DNA of 61,692 bases, the filler included, from Sphacelaria rigidula (taxonomy: Eukaryota), in the NCBI GenBank assembly GCA_964200075.2. It is 11 parts of 11 records of this genome, joined end to end, with 100 filler letters (N's around TTAATTAATTAA, not from the genome) between each part and the next. Parts side by side here need not be neighbours in the genome. Positions count along the whole stretch, not along the records: positions 22,473 to 27,990 come from CAXNAA020026684.1; positions 28,091 to 33,607 come from CAXNAA020026685.1; positions 33,708 to 39,224 come from CAXNAA020026686.1; 8 more parts are not named here. One strand, written 5' to 3'. Each line of letters begins with the position of its first letter. Positions within the stretch are counted from its first letter, which is position 1. Under the pieces are notes generated by a model, which did not search any database, had not been told where the DNA came from, and worked only from the letters and a program-made list of their open reading frames with translations. Both the position numbers and the translations under genes were made by a program. Positions 25,090-36,350 of this stretch are shown in pieces.

Positions 25090-25963
25090 CTGGTGGTTGT
25101 TGACACGGTACAGATGTACGTACCCATGGGAAACAACGTTTGGGACGGCGGGGGAGAAGGGGCGGGAACGGGGGGATGAGCGGGTGTGAAATCAAGGACT
25201 CGAGACATAAAAAACGAGGTAACTCCACGAGCGCAGGAACAAAGCAGCACAGACAAACATGGAACTACCAACACGCTTCACCGCGTCATTACGCTACGTA
25301 GCTATGCTCAAGTCACCAAAGTCCAATAGTCATGTGGTTCTTGGATGACTGGTGAGCAACCCCGTACTTCAAAAGGGGGAGGGAGTCCCACTCCCCCGTT
25401 GGACACCGTATCAAGCGAGATTCAAATATACACATCGCCCGCCCCGACTTGCGGACAGCCCACACGCAGCCAAGGCGTATGTACAGCATGTTTGCACCCC
25501 ATGGTTGGTCAGGAACCTTTCAGCAGGAGAAACAGGCGGGGATCGGCTTACGTAATCTTATTATGATGTGCGACGTGGTGTGGTGAGGTCATATGATTAC
25601 ACACATCAATACAGAGAGGGAACGACGCTGGTGGCAAGCCCGAAACATAAAATACTACTAACACGCGCATGTACGAGTTGCGGCATGTAGACTATGCCCA
25701 GGGGTCCAACAATCTTCAGCGTTTTTTCTGAACAACTGACTCACCTGACACAGTGTGTGTGTGTGTGTGTGTGTGTGTGTTGGGGGGGGGGGGCGCTGAC
25801 GAGGGGTATAGTGGAGGTGGGGGCGATTAGTGAAGGGGAGAAATAAATCGAGGCCAACACATAACACGTTAGACCATAGCCTGCGCGAACTAATGGGGCC
25901 TCTCCCTGTCTATCTTTGTCTCCCTGTCTGTCTCTCCGCTTCACGCACACACTCAAAGCGCAC

Positions 25964-26084
25964 CTGTATACCGTGTCCCACGAAAAATTTGAGTTTCTCC
26001 ACGGCTTCCACGTCTTCCAAAGCCATGACCGTCACGGTCGGCGAGAACCCGGGATATCGCGCAACAATACACAAGTGCCAATAA
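25964..26084 (-). CDS. Internal exon of the PH-GRAM-domain protein
   Basis: cag|T TAT TGG...ATA CAG|gtgcgc, 121 nt, encodes YWHLCIVARYPGFSPTVTVMALEDVEAVEKLKFFVGHGIQ. Phases match both neighbouring exons. Confidence 0.85.
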
Positions 26085-27249
26085 CTGCGCCAAACACGTA
26101 ATATAGCAGCAGTAGAACATGAAGGCGCACGCGCGCCCGGGGGTAGGGAGGGAGGGCGTTGGGGGGGGGGGGGGTAAATAGGGTGACAGAAGTTGAATAA
26201 AAAAATGCAAAAAGCGTGTCGTTTCGGCGCGCGTGCATAGGGAAAAATGGACATTTGAGTACGAGCAGTATGAGTATGAGCAATTTTTTCGGTGTTTCCA
26301 AAGACCAGAACCGCCGATGGAACTCCACCCAAGCCAAGAAAGTAGCGCCGACTGCTGTTGTGGTAGTTGCCGTTGCTGCTGCTGCTGCTGCTGTTGTCAT
26401 GTAGGGGAGGAGCGGATGGGGAGCCTTTGAGTCTCAGTTGCTCATCTTTACACGCCTCCATTTCCTCGGGACAGGTCCGAGGTAGCCTCAAGGGATCAAC
26501 CTATTCCTTCCCGGTATGTACGTGCCTGGCGTTTGTGGTATCGCGGATTGGAACATGACCAACACTTCCGCATCGCATCGACCGTCGTCAACTTTTTGCT
26601 GCTTCTCGAGTCACCACGTCTTCGGCGACGGAAAACGGGTATTGTTCACACTGCTGTTCTCCATCCTAAACTGATCGCGGACATGCCAGCTGGACACACC
26701 GGAGCGGCTTACACGTGAGAATCATGGCATATGTTACGGAACAAACAAAAACTCCCTTCATGTGGGTAGCTCTTGACCGATAAAAATCTGCTTGAAAAAC
26801 AAAATGAAGTGAGAAGGGTATGAACGCACGAAAAAAACAGAACAAAAACACAACAATAACAAAACAAAACACGGCGGATGCACTGTGCTGCTGCACGGAA
26901 GCAAGCACTTTTGAAGTCGGGCCCGATCAAGCAGCTGAAAAAAAAAAACACAAATTAATCGGGGTTTTTTTTGCTGTTGACTGTTAAAACCACTTGGTTC
27001 TGAAGACACTACGATAATTCCCGTTATGATCACGCAAGCATGCAAGCATGTGGACAGTACATCTAGAAAGGGGATCATATTCCACAAAAATCTGCAGAGG
27101 ACCATAACATCCTTTTTCACACACAACATACGATTCACTGCTACTATTTTCAGAGAAAAGAAGGAGTGGAAAAAACAGGGAATTTAATACGTAGGAAAGG
27201 TTTGTCTGGAATTATTGCGCCGTTCTTTTCTTCTCGTCACGTGACGTAC

Positions 27250-27389
27250 GTCAAATAGAGGTGCCCCGGCCTCCGATTGGATATGATGGAGCAGAAGTAC
27301 AGAGGCGTTTCCACCAACGGGTCGATGCCAAGTTCCGGCCGCCGGGAGACATGCCTGTGGAATGCGGCCGCCATTCTGGTACGTCGAAC
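27250..27389 (-). CDS. Internal exon of the PH-GRAM-domain protein (start of the GRAM domain)
   Basis: gcag|GTT...TTG AC|gtacgt, 140 nt, encodes VRRTRMAAAFHRHV...ETPLYFCSIISNRRPGHLYLT. Joined to the next exon it gives GHLYLTYWHLC, matching the GRAM consensus GxLYLTxxxLCF. Confidence 0.85.
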
Positions 27390-27770
27390 CTGCATAAGGA
27401 GACAAACAGAAAACACAGAATCGCAAAACATACTCATCAACATGGGTACAAAGCAGCAAAATAACAACCAACCAATCAACGAACGAACGAATGACTGAAT
27501 GACTGAATCCGAATTAACGCGAAGACAATGAAGTTCCCCCCTCCCCCCCTCCCCTCCCTATAAAACAAAACAATATACAGCAAGAAAAATCGCATGTACG
27601 GCGGAGTAGCAGAAGCAGCGGTTAGAGACAGCAAAAAAGGAAGGTGCGGTTGAGACGATGTGACATGCGTGCAATATCAAAACAGTGCTAGAGGTGCACC
27701 ACCCCTTGCCCCTGCAGTAGACTGTGTTCAGTGTTGGGAAAATAAGGATGGCACGCGGACTGCTTCATAC

Positions 27771-27802
27771 CGCGGGACACTGTATTCGGCCGGTGATGAA
27801 AA
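27771..27802 (-). CDS. Possible 32-nt upstream micro-exon of the same gene
   Basis: acag|TTTTCATCACCGGCCGAATACAGTGTCCCGCG|gtatga gives xFITGRIQPA-like FITGRIQCPA ending in phase 0; supported by splice signals only. Confidence 0.3.
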
Positions 27803-27990
27803 CTGTCCGCATGTATGTACAGCAGAGTAGCAGCAGCAGTGCAAGACAGTAGAGGAGAGGTTACAGTTGAGACGATTGCTATGCATATGCAGGATCAAAA
27901 CACCCTCTGGGGGGGGGGGGGGGGGGGGGAACTCATGAACATGCACCCCGTGGGCAAAAAACCAGGTCGGAAGGGCCCACCTCTGAACAC

Positions 27991-28090
27991 NNNNNNNNNN
28001 NNNNNNNNNNNNNNNNNNNNNNNNNNNNNNNNNNTTAATTAATTAANNNNNNNNNNNNNNNNNNNNNNNNNNNNNNNNNNNNNNNNNNNN
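27991..28090. other. Artificial contig linker
   Basis: N44-TTAATTAATTAA-N44. Confidence 0.99.
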
Positions 28091-28202
28091 TAGACAAAAG
28101 ATTCCATACTGTACGCAGTACATTTTTCGACCGTGTATTTCATTGTCCAGGGTATGATATCGACGTTTGCTTTCGAAATGTCGACCACTTCACAGGCAGA
28201 GT

Positions 28203-28700
28203 TAGTAAGGCCCATTTTTTTTATGGCAACGAATCTCGATTTGTATAAATATGAGGATTTCAGTCCGTCTACAACAGGCGATTTTCTCGCGTGTATTGAT
28301 TTTACGGACCCCAGTCTGTTTGGCAATGTTTTTCGGCTAGCTGTGAGCAAACCAGATCAATTCTCCGATTTTTCTTGGCGTTGACTTTCGATACATAACC
28401 GTTCTACTGAATCTGAAATCGGGACACTCCCGCCTCATCTGAGAAAATCAGGGGAGATGCGAAAATCAGGGGAGATGCGGGAGTTTCCCGATATCAGTAG
28501 AAAGGTGGTCAACAAAAAAATGTCAACTTCCAGAGAATCGGAGAATTGATGTGGTTTGCTCACAGCCAGGCAAAAAACATTGCCAAACGGACTGGGGTCC
28601 GAAAAATCAATCCACGCGAGGAAATCGCCTGTAGACGGACTGAAATCCTCATATTTGTACAAATCGAGATTCGTTGCCATAAAAGTGGGTCTAATCAGGG
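28203..28700. mobile_element. ~500-bp MITE with ~185-bp well-conserved inverted repeats
   Basis: ttttatggcaacgaatctcgatttgta.aaatatgaggatttcagtccgtctaca... at 28219-28385 is the reverse complement of ~28520-28685. There is an internal short tandem aaaatcaggggagatgcg x2. Confidence 0.9.
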
Positions 28701-29072
28701 CCACGCGGTAACTTTTCGAGTGAGAATATGGCCGATTCTGCAAACGGACAACTTCGGAGCTAAATGCCCGTACGTGGAATCGGCATCATTCCTACTCCTT
28801 TTTCAAGTGAAGATAGGTTGGAAGCCTTACTCTCGGAGCTACACTGAAATCCGTCGAAGTTATTGAATGTGCATAGACTATATTACTACTTTTGTGCAAT
28901 CGCGATCATGTGACAATTCGACCCAGAGTAAGAGATCAGTAGGTCGCCACTAATAATGCATGAGCAATTTTCATGGGGAAGCCTCACGATTGCACACAAC
29001 ACTTGTTCAACGTCATACACACACCCTTTTTCTATCTTCAACTCGCCGCTTCGCCCGCTCGCCCCTCCCCAC

Positions 29073-29585
29073 CGCCATAGCATCGTGGTTCGCGGCCTGC
29101 TCGTCCGGCGTTAAGTCAGGACAGAAGGCACGAACTATTCCTCTTTTTACCCTCTTGTCTCCTTCCGGTGTCTGCTCCTCATCCTGTTGTTGCTGCGGCC
29201 CCTCCTTTGGACCGATAAGCTGCTGCCCGGCGACAAGCTCAATGTCGCAAGAAGATGACGGATTTGTTGCGGTAACCTCCGACAGATCGTTCGAATTCTT
29301 ACCCGTCGAAGGAGGAAGGACACGTTCGTTCTGCTCCGGAGGTTCACTGTTTTCGTCAAGATTTTGTGTGTTGTTGTGGCTGTTGTTGTTGTTGTTGTTG
29401 CCGGAAGTAACTCGTGCTTGGTTTGGCAGACGTGAGGTGCTCGCGAGATCGTCTCTATCCCAAAGAGTGCCGCTCATGATTGATGTTCGGTGCCGTTTTT
29501 GAACAGGAGAAGCACTGCTGTTTAGATGTGATGTATCGATGCGCTCTTCTGCAACCGGAACAGCATTGACCCTCGTCGTGCTTCC
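29073..29585 (-). CDS. Probable large low-complexity internal exon of an unidentified protein
   Basis: Acceptor tttcag|GGA and donor GCG|gtgggg bound 513 nt of open frame with an Asn run and a Gln/Glu-rich stretch; no recognisable domain. Confidence 0.45.
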
Positions 29586-32500
29586 CTGAAATACGGGACA
29601 GGTGCGTTGTTAGTGTTGGCATCAGATTTACGCGCCTATGCCCACCGTTCGTTGCCGAAGATGAGCACGTCGTCTGTAATAGGTTGCATCTCATACGGAA
29701 CATATTCAGCGGCATAAATGAGTGCGGCATGATTACTCATGTTCACCCAAGCTGTTCGAGGGACGGAACATGGTATTATATTTAGCGTACACCACTTGCC
29801 GGCAGGGAAGGGACGCAAGTTCTTTTTCCCAAATACGCTTTATGACGGCAGTGCAATATTTTGTGTCTCATGCTCCCCTCAAGCCGGCATATGACGCCTA
29901 CAACAGCACATGGACGTTGATATTTACATGCCGCACGGGATGAGGCTCCAGAGGTCGAAAGACAGACTTCAATTCGAGCTGTGGGTGTATCGAGGCGCTC
30001 ATAACACAATGCGACCCTCCCATCACCAGTCGCTCCTTCCGTGACACGACGGCTTGGCTACGTCTAATAATACTGTGATTGACAGCCTATCAGATGCACT
30101 ACATTCAACTTGCAAATGCAATGAGCAGGCGTCAAGCACACACGCATGGGTGGCCCCCAGTTGAACATCTTCTTTTGTAGTCATTTTTATTTTCATGTCC
30201 GCTCGACCATTGAAATCATCACATTACACAGCAACATTCATTCAAGAGGACCTCCAGGCGGAAGTTACATACAAAAACAACAGTAGTGCCGCAGTTCTCG
30301 GGACATTCCCGGTATTCCTCAACAGTAAGTCCGCAGGGCGATCAAAAACGCAAGCGAGTGGCGTGAAAGCAGGATACTGCACAGGACAACAACTATGGGC
30401 AGAGTCAGGGTACACGCCTACGCTGAGCGTGATTGAACGAGTCGCATCCGACGCCTCCATACAGCGATGGATCGCTATACGCCGGTTGTTCTCACATCAT
30501 TTGCGTGCCCACTCATATCTTGATCCTTATAAACCGCCGCAGCTAAATCTTTCGTCCAGTCTGCCCGAAGGGTTGATCACTCGTGTATGCAAACGATCGC
30601 ACAATTTGGTGGGTCCACAGCTTCGCCATTTAATATTTTGAGAAAGTACCTACTGGTATCATGCAGTTGGCGCTGCCCTCCCGAGTTTCACACTTAGTAC
30701 AGACAGTATCGCACCCCCCCGGCCGTTTTGGATATTGGTGAAAAAACGGTTTCAAGATACGGCACATGCCACGCGAGAAAATGGCCATTTTCTAAGAGCA
30801 GAATGCTCTGAACACATGCCGCACAGCTGCAGTCCTGCAGTCTGCAACGCCAACCTACGATGACCGTGGTTGCCCTGGTCTCTTGGTTTGGCATTCATCA
30901 CGATGGGATTATCTCATGTTCTCGTGTGCTACCGGCTTTTTGTCTTCCATCGATCTCTGCAGCTCGACATAGGCCACGTCAGCTGGTGAGTAGATCCCAA
31001 TACTGCTTCACTCTACAACGAAGTACTCGTAGCGACGAAGCTAACTCTCTTGTGTCGGGTTTCATCGTACAGGGTTTCATGTACCACATGAGTGACCTGG
31101 TACAGCTTTCACCCTCTATTTTCTCGAGAAAGGGAGACCCCGCACTGTGAAAAATCCCTGTCACGAAATATCTCCACGAAATCTTTTCAGCGACACACAT
31201 CCCGGCGCAGTATGTCGTATCTTTCTTGAGAAAATCTGGTTGTCGGATTTCTCATCCGTCGGGGGTGTTATATAACGTCACTAGGTCTCGACAGCCACTG
31301 TTGCGCATGTTCCGACGTGCCCACTAGCAACAAGCCTGCCGCAGACAGCATCTTATTACCTGATGGAAAATTAATAGAGAAGAGGAAGTCTGTGTCGACA
31401 CTCGGTGTTACGTGCCTCATGCTGCACGGGCGCTGCGGTATCCCAGTCGATTCAGATTAGAGAACTACAAGAGCACAGAACATATTATGGTACAGTTTGC
31501 AGTCCATGTGCAGTACAGTCTTCGGCTGAAAAACATGAAGAACGGCATGTGGGCAAATTTGGCGGTGCTTTCGTAGGTACAGGTCTAATTATGTATCAAC
31601 ATTGATTTCAAGTAATTTGATTCAATTTTTTACCAGTCCCTCTACGTTATTTAAACCAATATATGAGCCAAACTTGATTTTAGTATGGATTCCGTCACAC
31701 ATGTTTTCGCCAGCCTTCTGGGGCCCGCAGCCGCAGAGTACAGAACCGTGCCATAGAGAGATGGTATCCAGGACAACAACGGTGTTACAACCGGTGCTTT
31801 GTCTTCTTGTATATGGCTTGATTTCTGCGACGTTCCCTTTGGGCGTCGCCGTGCCCGCGGTATATGGTTGCGGTGGCCGGGTTTGGCGTTGCAGTCTCTT
31901 TTTACGCTTAGCTTGCTCCTGCATCCTGCGCGGCTTTGGATACGGGCATTCGATAAGATATAGTTATCATCGTCCTCGTGTGTTGTTTCATGCTACCCGG
32001 ACGGCACAACCCCGAGAAAAGGACTGTACCAGCGTCAATGCTGCTGGCTCCGTATTGTTGGCCGTCGTGTTCTTGTTCTGGGTGGCTTGTGTTGATCGGT
32101 GCCGTCCAGACAGTACGCACGCGATCCCAACCAGCTGGCCAGGGTTGGCGCATCATGCGGTACCGATGCAGTCGATACCGCGACAGAAAGTTGTTGAGAC
32201 ATCCAACGGCCGAGACAACCAAGCACTCTTCACACGGAACATCACACAGATAACGTAAACATGTATCTCTCTTGCGTGCGCGACCCGGTCTACTAGAGCG
32301 CTGCCCCCTTTCGAAGGTATACCGTACGCTTCCTGCATGACTTCGTACTTGTGAAAATATTATCAATACTGGCTGTAGGTATTTTCCTTTATTGATGGCT
32401 CCTCTGCTGCTACTATCCTGGGTTGTAGCGAGCTGGTGCAGGGACATGAAGCCCGGACCGGGGCCTGGACAACAAAAAATAGGAAGAAACAATTCAATCT

Positions 32501-33109
32501 TGTTTACCTCTCTACGGTACATGGGGCTTGAGCAGCGCACGTGTGTCCACCAACACCAAAATTCCGACTAAAATACATTCAAGGATAGTGGAAAACAACG
32601 AAAAAAATGGCTGATTTCACTTTAATAATTATATAACGACCCGTACCTATGAACTCTGTGCCGGACGGATTGGGAAGGGTTTCTGGTTGTTTTGGTCTGT
32701 TTTGCCATGGAAAGAGCAACAACATGGATGAAAAATTCAAGAAATCATTAACGAAATTGGGAATAATCGGGCAAGCGATCGAGAACAAACGTGGAGAGCG
32801 AGTAGAACACGACCGCAGGTGGAGACGAGACCGGGGGTGGCGTCCTCTGCGTGGCAGCCCTGCAGCATCCAGGAAGAGGTAGCAATGACGCCGTCAACTC
32901 CCTCTGGGGGGTGGTTTAATCCTTGCGCGTTGAGCTCCACCTTTCTGGCGAAACCGTTCCCCACCACTACGCAGCCGGCTCGATCGGAGACGTTTATGGG
33001 TATTATTGAGGCCGACATTTATATCTATGTAGGAGAAAGTGTAGTGATGTGTATAAATTGTAGGTGTCGGCTGCGTTGGGCGCCAGAGAAGAAGTGATGG
33101 GAGATTCAC

Positions 33110-33237
33110 CTGCAGTTATCCGCGTATGGAGATGGCGTGGCGGCGAGGAAACAAACATGGAGATGGCCTGGCGGAGAGGCGATATATGTTGCAAGACCCT
33201 GCATTCCGGGTGGTGTTCGTTGATAGGCCGTTGATTT
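33110..33237 (-). CDS. Possible exon, unidentified
   Basis: ctag|AAATC...GCAG|gtgaat after a pyrimidine-rich tract; open frame NQRPINEHHPECRVLQHISPLRQAISMF... Confidence 0.3.
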
Positions 33238-33540
33238 CTAGTGGTGAAGCAGGCAGATATAGATGATCACTGTAAATATTTACGGACTTGTGTCGGGATG
33301 GGTACAGGTGGTGTTCGGCGGCGGCGTTTGGAGGGAGGGAAGGTGGCGAGGGGTGGGGAGGGGGTAGCGAGGTCGCTAACCACGAACGCATTAACGGGAG
33401 AATCATGGACAATTTTTTGCCTTTGGAAATGAGGTGGCGAAAAAAGGAGATGTGAACGGATTAGCCGGAGGTGTGATAGGGTGATCATCGTAGGAGATGG
33501 CCGCGAGGAAACGTGTAGTAGGATGGGGCCGGGGGGGGGG

Positions 33541-33560
33541 CGTACTCAATTGTTGCTTGT
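33541..33560 (-). mobile_element. Extreme 3' tip of the LINE family next to a G-run
   Basis: ggggggggg-cgtactcaattgttgctt matches the terminus of the other copies. Confidence 0.5.
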
Positions 33561-33607
33561 ATGAGAGAACGCAGGATAGTTTCACCGACTAAAAGGTCTG
33601 AACTTTT

Positions 33608-33707
33608 NNNNNNNNNNNNNNNNNNNNNNNNNNNNNNNNNNNNNNNNNNNNTTAATTAATTAANNNNNNNNNNNNNNNNNNNNNNNNNNNNNNNNNNNNN
33701 NNNNNNN
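33608..33707. other. Artificial contig linker
   Basis: N44-TTAATTAATTAA-N44. Confidence 0.99.
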
Positions 33708-34807
33708 GCCAGGAGGCGAGTTGCCCGGCTGCCCTCATCTGTACTGTACCACATTTGACACACTTGACTGTCGGTACTCGTACGTCACCCCGATCCCCAG
33801 TTCTACGGAGATCCAGCGTTACTAGGTATCTGAATCACTCGAACACCCTTAAAATCCTCTTTCGCGATTTTTATCCTCTCGAGGGTGAAGTGACCCTCGG
33901 GAGGATGAAAATACCCTCTAGAGGGTGTTTCATACTCGGTTCCGGTCATAAGATGAATCCTCTGGAGGGCATCTGATACTCCAGTGACTTCTGAGGTCTG
34001 AATCCCTCCAGAGCACGAAACATATGGAGCTCTGGAGCACGTGGGTTTCGTGAACGTCCCTTAGAGGGAAATATCAACAGCAGAGGGAGCTATGAGCATC
34101 ATTCCTCTGGAGAAGGGACCGACTATGGCCTCCAAGGCATTTGTTGCGACTCCGGAGGACATAGCCGTGCAGTATCCTCCAGCGTGTACATTTACACTGG
34201 TGCACTTGTGTCCTAACTGCTCCCGCGGCACCTTTGGGACCATCACGCCAGATATAATATATGTACGAGTATCACCCGCCGTTCACAGATTGAATTGCAA
34301 ACGACAACACTTATTCCCAGCTTTAATACCACCACAATAACTCTGCAGCAAAGAGCACGAGTTTGGCACAGGGATATATATACACATTGCATTAGTTGGG
34401 TATATGATAGATGTCTTGCTGGTGGAGGTTTAAACTTGAGCATCTTCCATGGTCGCGGAGTCGCGCGGTGCCGGAACCATATGCAGGGTAGGGTACGGGC
34501 AATAACCGGCGGTTGACTGCATAAAGCTGCGCACACTATTCAAATCATTTTCACGTCGCACCGTAAGCAGAAAACGTACATGTAGTCCTGCGCTGTCTGT
34601 ACTGTACTTTGCCCGCTTCCCCTTCACGTCCTACTGACTGCAGCGGTGAGCATGCTGCGCAAGAACGGGCGTCGTGATGTATACTCAGTAGCTAGTGGTA
34701 TATAACACCCCCATGCACCCGAAGTGACAGGAACCCACTGTGTTTAGCCATACGTGGCGCATATGCCGCGCTACCTCCGCAGTGTATTGCACCCCACGTA
34801 TATGAGC

Positions 34808-35205
34808 TAGGGCTCGGAAATGGTTTGTCTAACCATTAACCAGTTGAATGGCTCGCGTAGCGCACTCATTAACGAGTTAAATGGTACATAATGGTTTGGC
34901 CATCGCGAGGAGCAACCGCGAACCAAAAAGCTCTCCCCGGCAGAGAAGGCCTAGCCGGAGGCGCCCCCGGAGGGCCCCAGTGGAGGCGCCGTGCCGGAGG
35001 CACGCTTTCACGCAATTTGGCTTCACGAGAGCTAACAAACACGAAAACGTTTGGCCAATTTTCAAGGGCTGTATGTAGCGTGCGGAGCCGGTAACGGTAA
35101 ATAATGGTTTGAAACCATTGTCGAAAATTTTCACATAACCATTACCATGATTACCATTATATATTGATAACGGCCAGTTATAACTGGTGCCATTTCCGAG
35201 CTCTA
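34808..35205. mobile_element. 398-bp hAT-type MITE
   Basis: 16-bp TIR tagggctcggaaatgg / ccatttccgagctcta (1 mismatch). 8-bp TSD atatgagc / atataagc (7 of 8). Repeated accatt/aatggt subterminal motifs. Confidence 0.85.
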
Positions 35206-36127
35206 ATATAAGCACGATATGGTACTGTCCTGGTATTGTACAATTCAGTACAGCCATGCTTATTGTTGTGATGGTTATATCGCCCAATTTCAGGTATTGG
35301 CGGGTAAAATGAGGATTTATTTCGAACAGCTTCTGGTGTACAAATCCCATCTTCGAGTGTATATGGGATTAGCACAGCCTCTGCTGTTCGGAATAAATCC
35401 TTTTTGCCCGATTCCAATAATTTGGAATTAGGATTTATTTCGAACAGCAGAGGCTGTAAAAAATCTAGATTTCCAAATCACTTGTGCCTCCAAAAACAAT
35501 CCAGGGGATTGTAAAATCGACACAGACCCTCGAGGGCCCCAACATTGAAAATTCTCTCGGGCATTACGAATAACCAAGATCCTCGAGGGCGGGTTTCGAA
35601 ACGGACGGAAGCGAGGATGACGTTTGGAAATTCCTCCACGAGGTAGCCGAATGGCCTCGTGTGTGAACAGGCAGACACAGTGTACCGAAGATGCTCAAAC
35701 ACTTGCTTTTTGGTTACATCATCTATCGTTGATTTGGCATGATCAAAATGAGATTCGAGGGTAGACGGCGAATGTGTCTACCAGCTGTCTACCTCTACCG
35801 GAACAAAATTGCTCATTTTGACGACCGTGATTGGTTAGAATGGTCATCCCGCACCACACTGGTCTCGTGCATGACTCGTAAGGTTCCGCGAGAAACTTCC
35901 AAACACACATGGTTGACTCCGTGTGCTTTTCTGATGCTCCACGGAGAGACACCCCCCCCTCCCCAAAAAAAATATCCCCCCCGAGCCCTGGAAACCCACG
36001 AATATCTCGGGACTATCAGCCTGTACAACTATTCCGAGGCGACGCTCGTCGTCTTAGGGTGAAGGGACCTGAAAGACTGGAATACGTTGTACACCGCCCC
36101 CTCCTCCCTGCGCCCCAAGAGGCGGTC

Positions 36128-36350
36128 GAGAATGAGTAATATCGAAAAATGGTGTCCAAAAACCTTTTTCGTCCTGTTTCTTCGCCAAAATACGGAATTG
36201 AACGGTACTTTTGCCACCACGATGCTGGTCTGTACCCGGGCAGCCCAAAACCGAGGAGTTTGGGCAAAACAGTTGTTCTAGCGGCCGCGAGGAAGAGAAC
36301 TTGGTGGTTGGCTGATGACTTTTCAGTGAAGGTGACCGCTGGAAAATTAC
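36128..36350 (+). repeat. Dispersed repeat, second copy at ~37910-38130
   Basis: Shared cggaattgaacggt, gcagcccaaaaccgaggagttt and gatgacttttc blocks with conserved spacing. Confidence 0.75.

Noticed and set aside
24470..25274. Several long overlapping ORFs on both strands
   Set aside because: They are GC-rich shadows of the single terminal exon 25089-24649.
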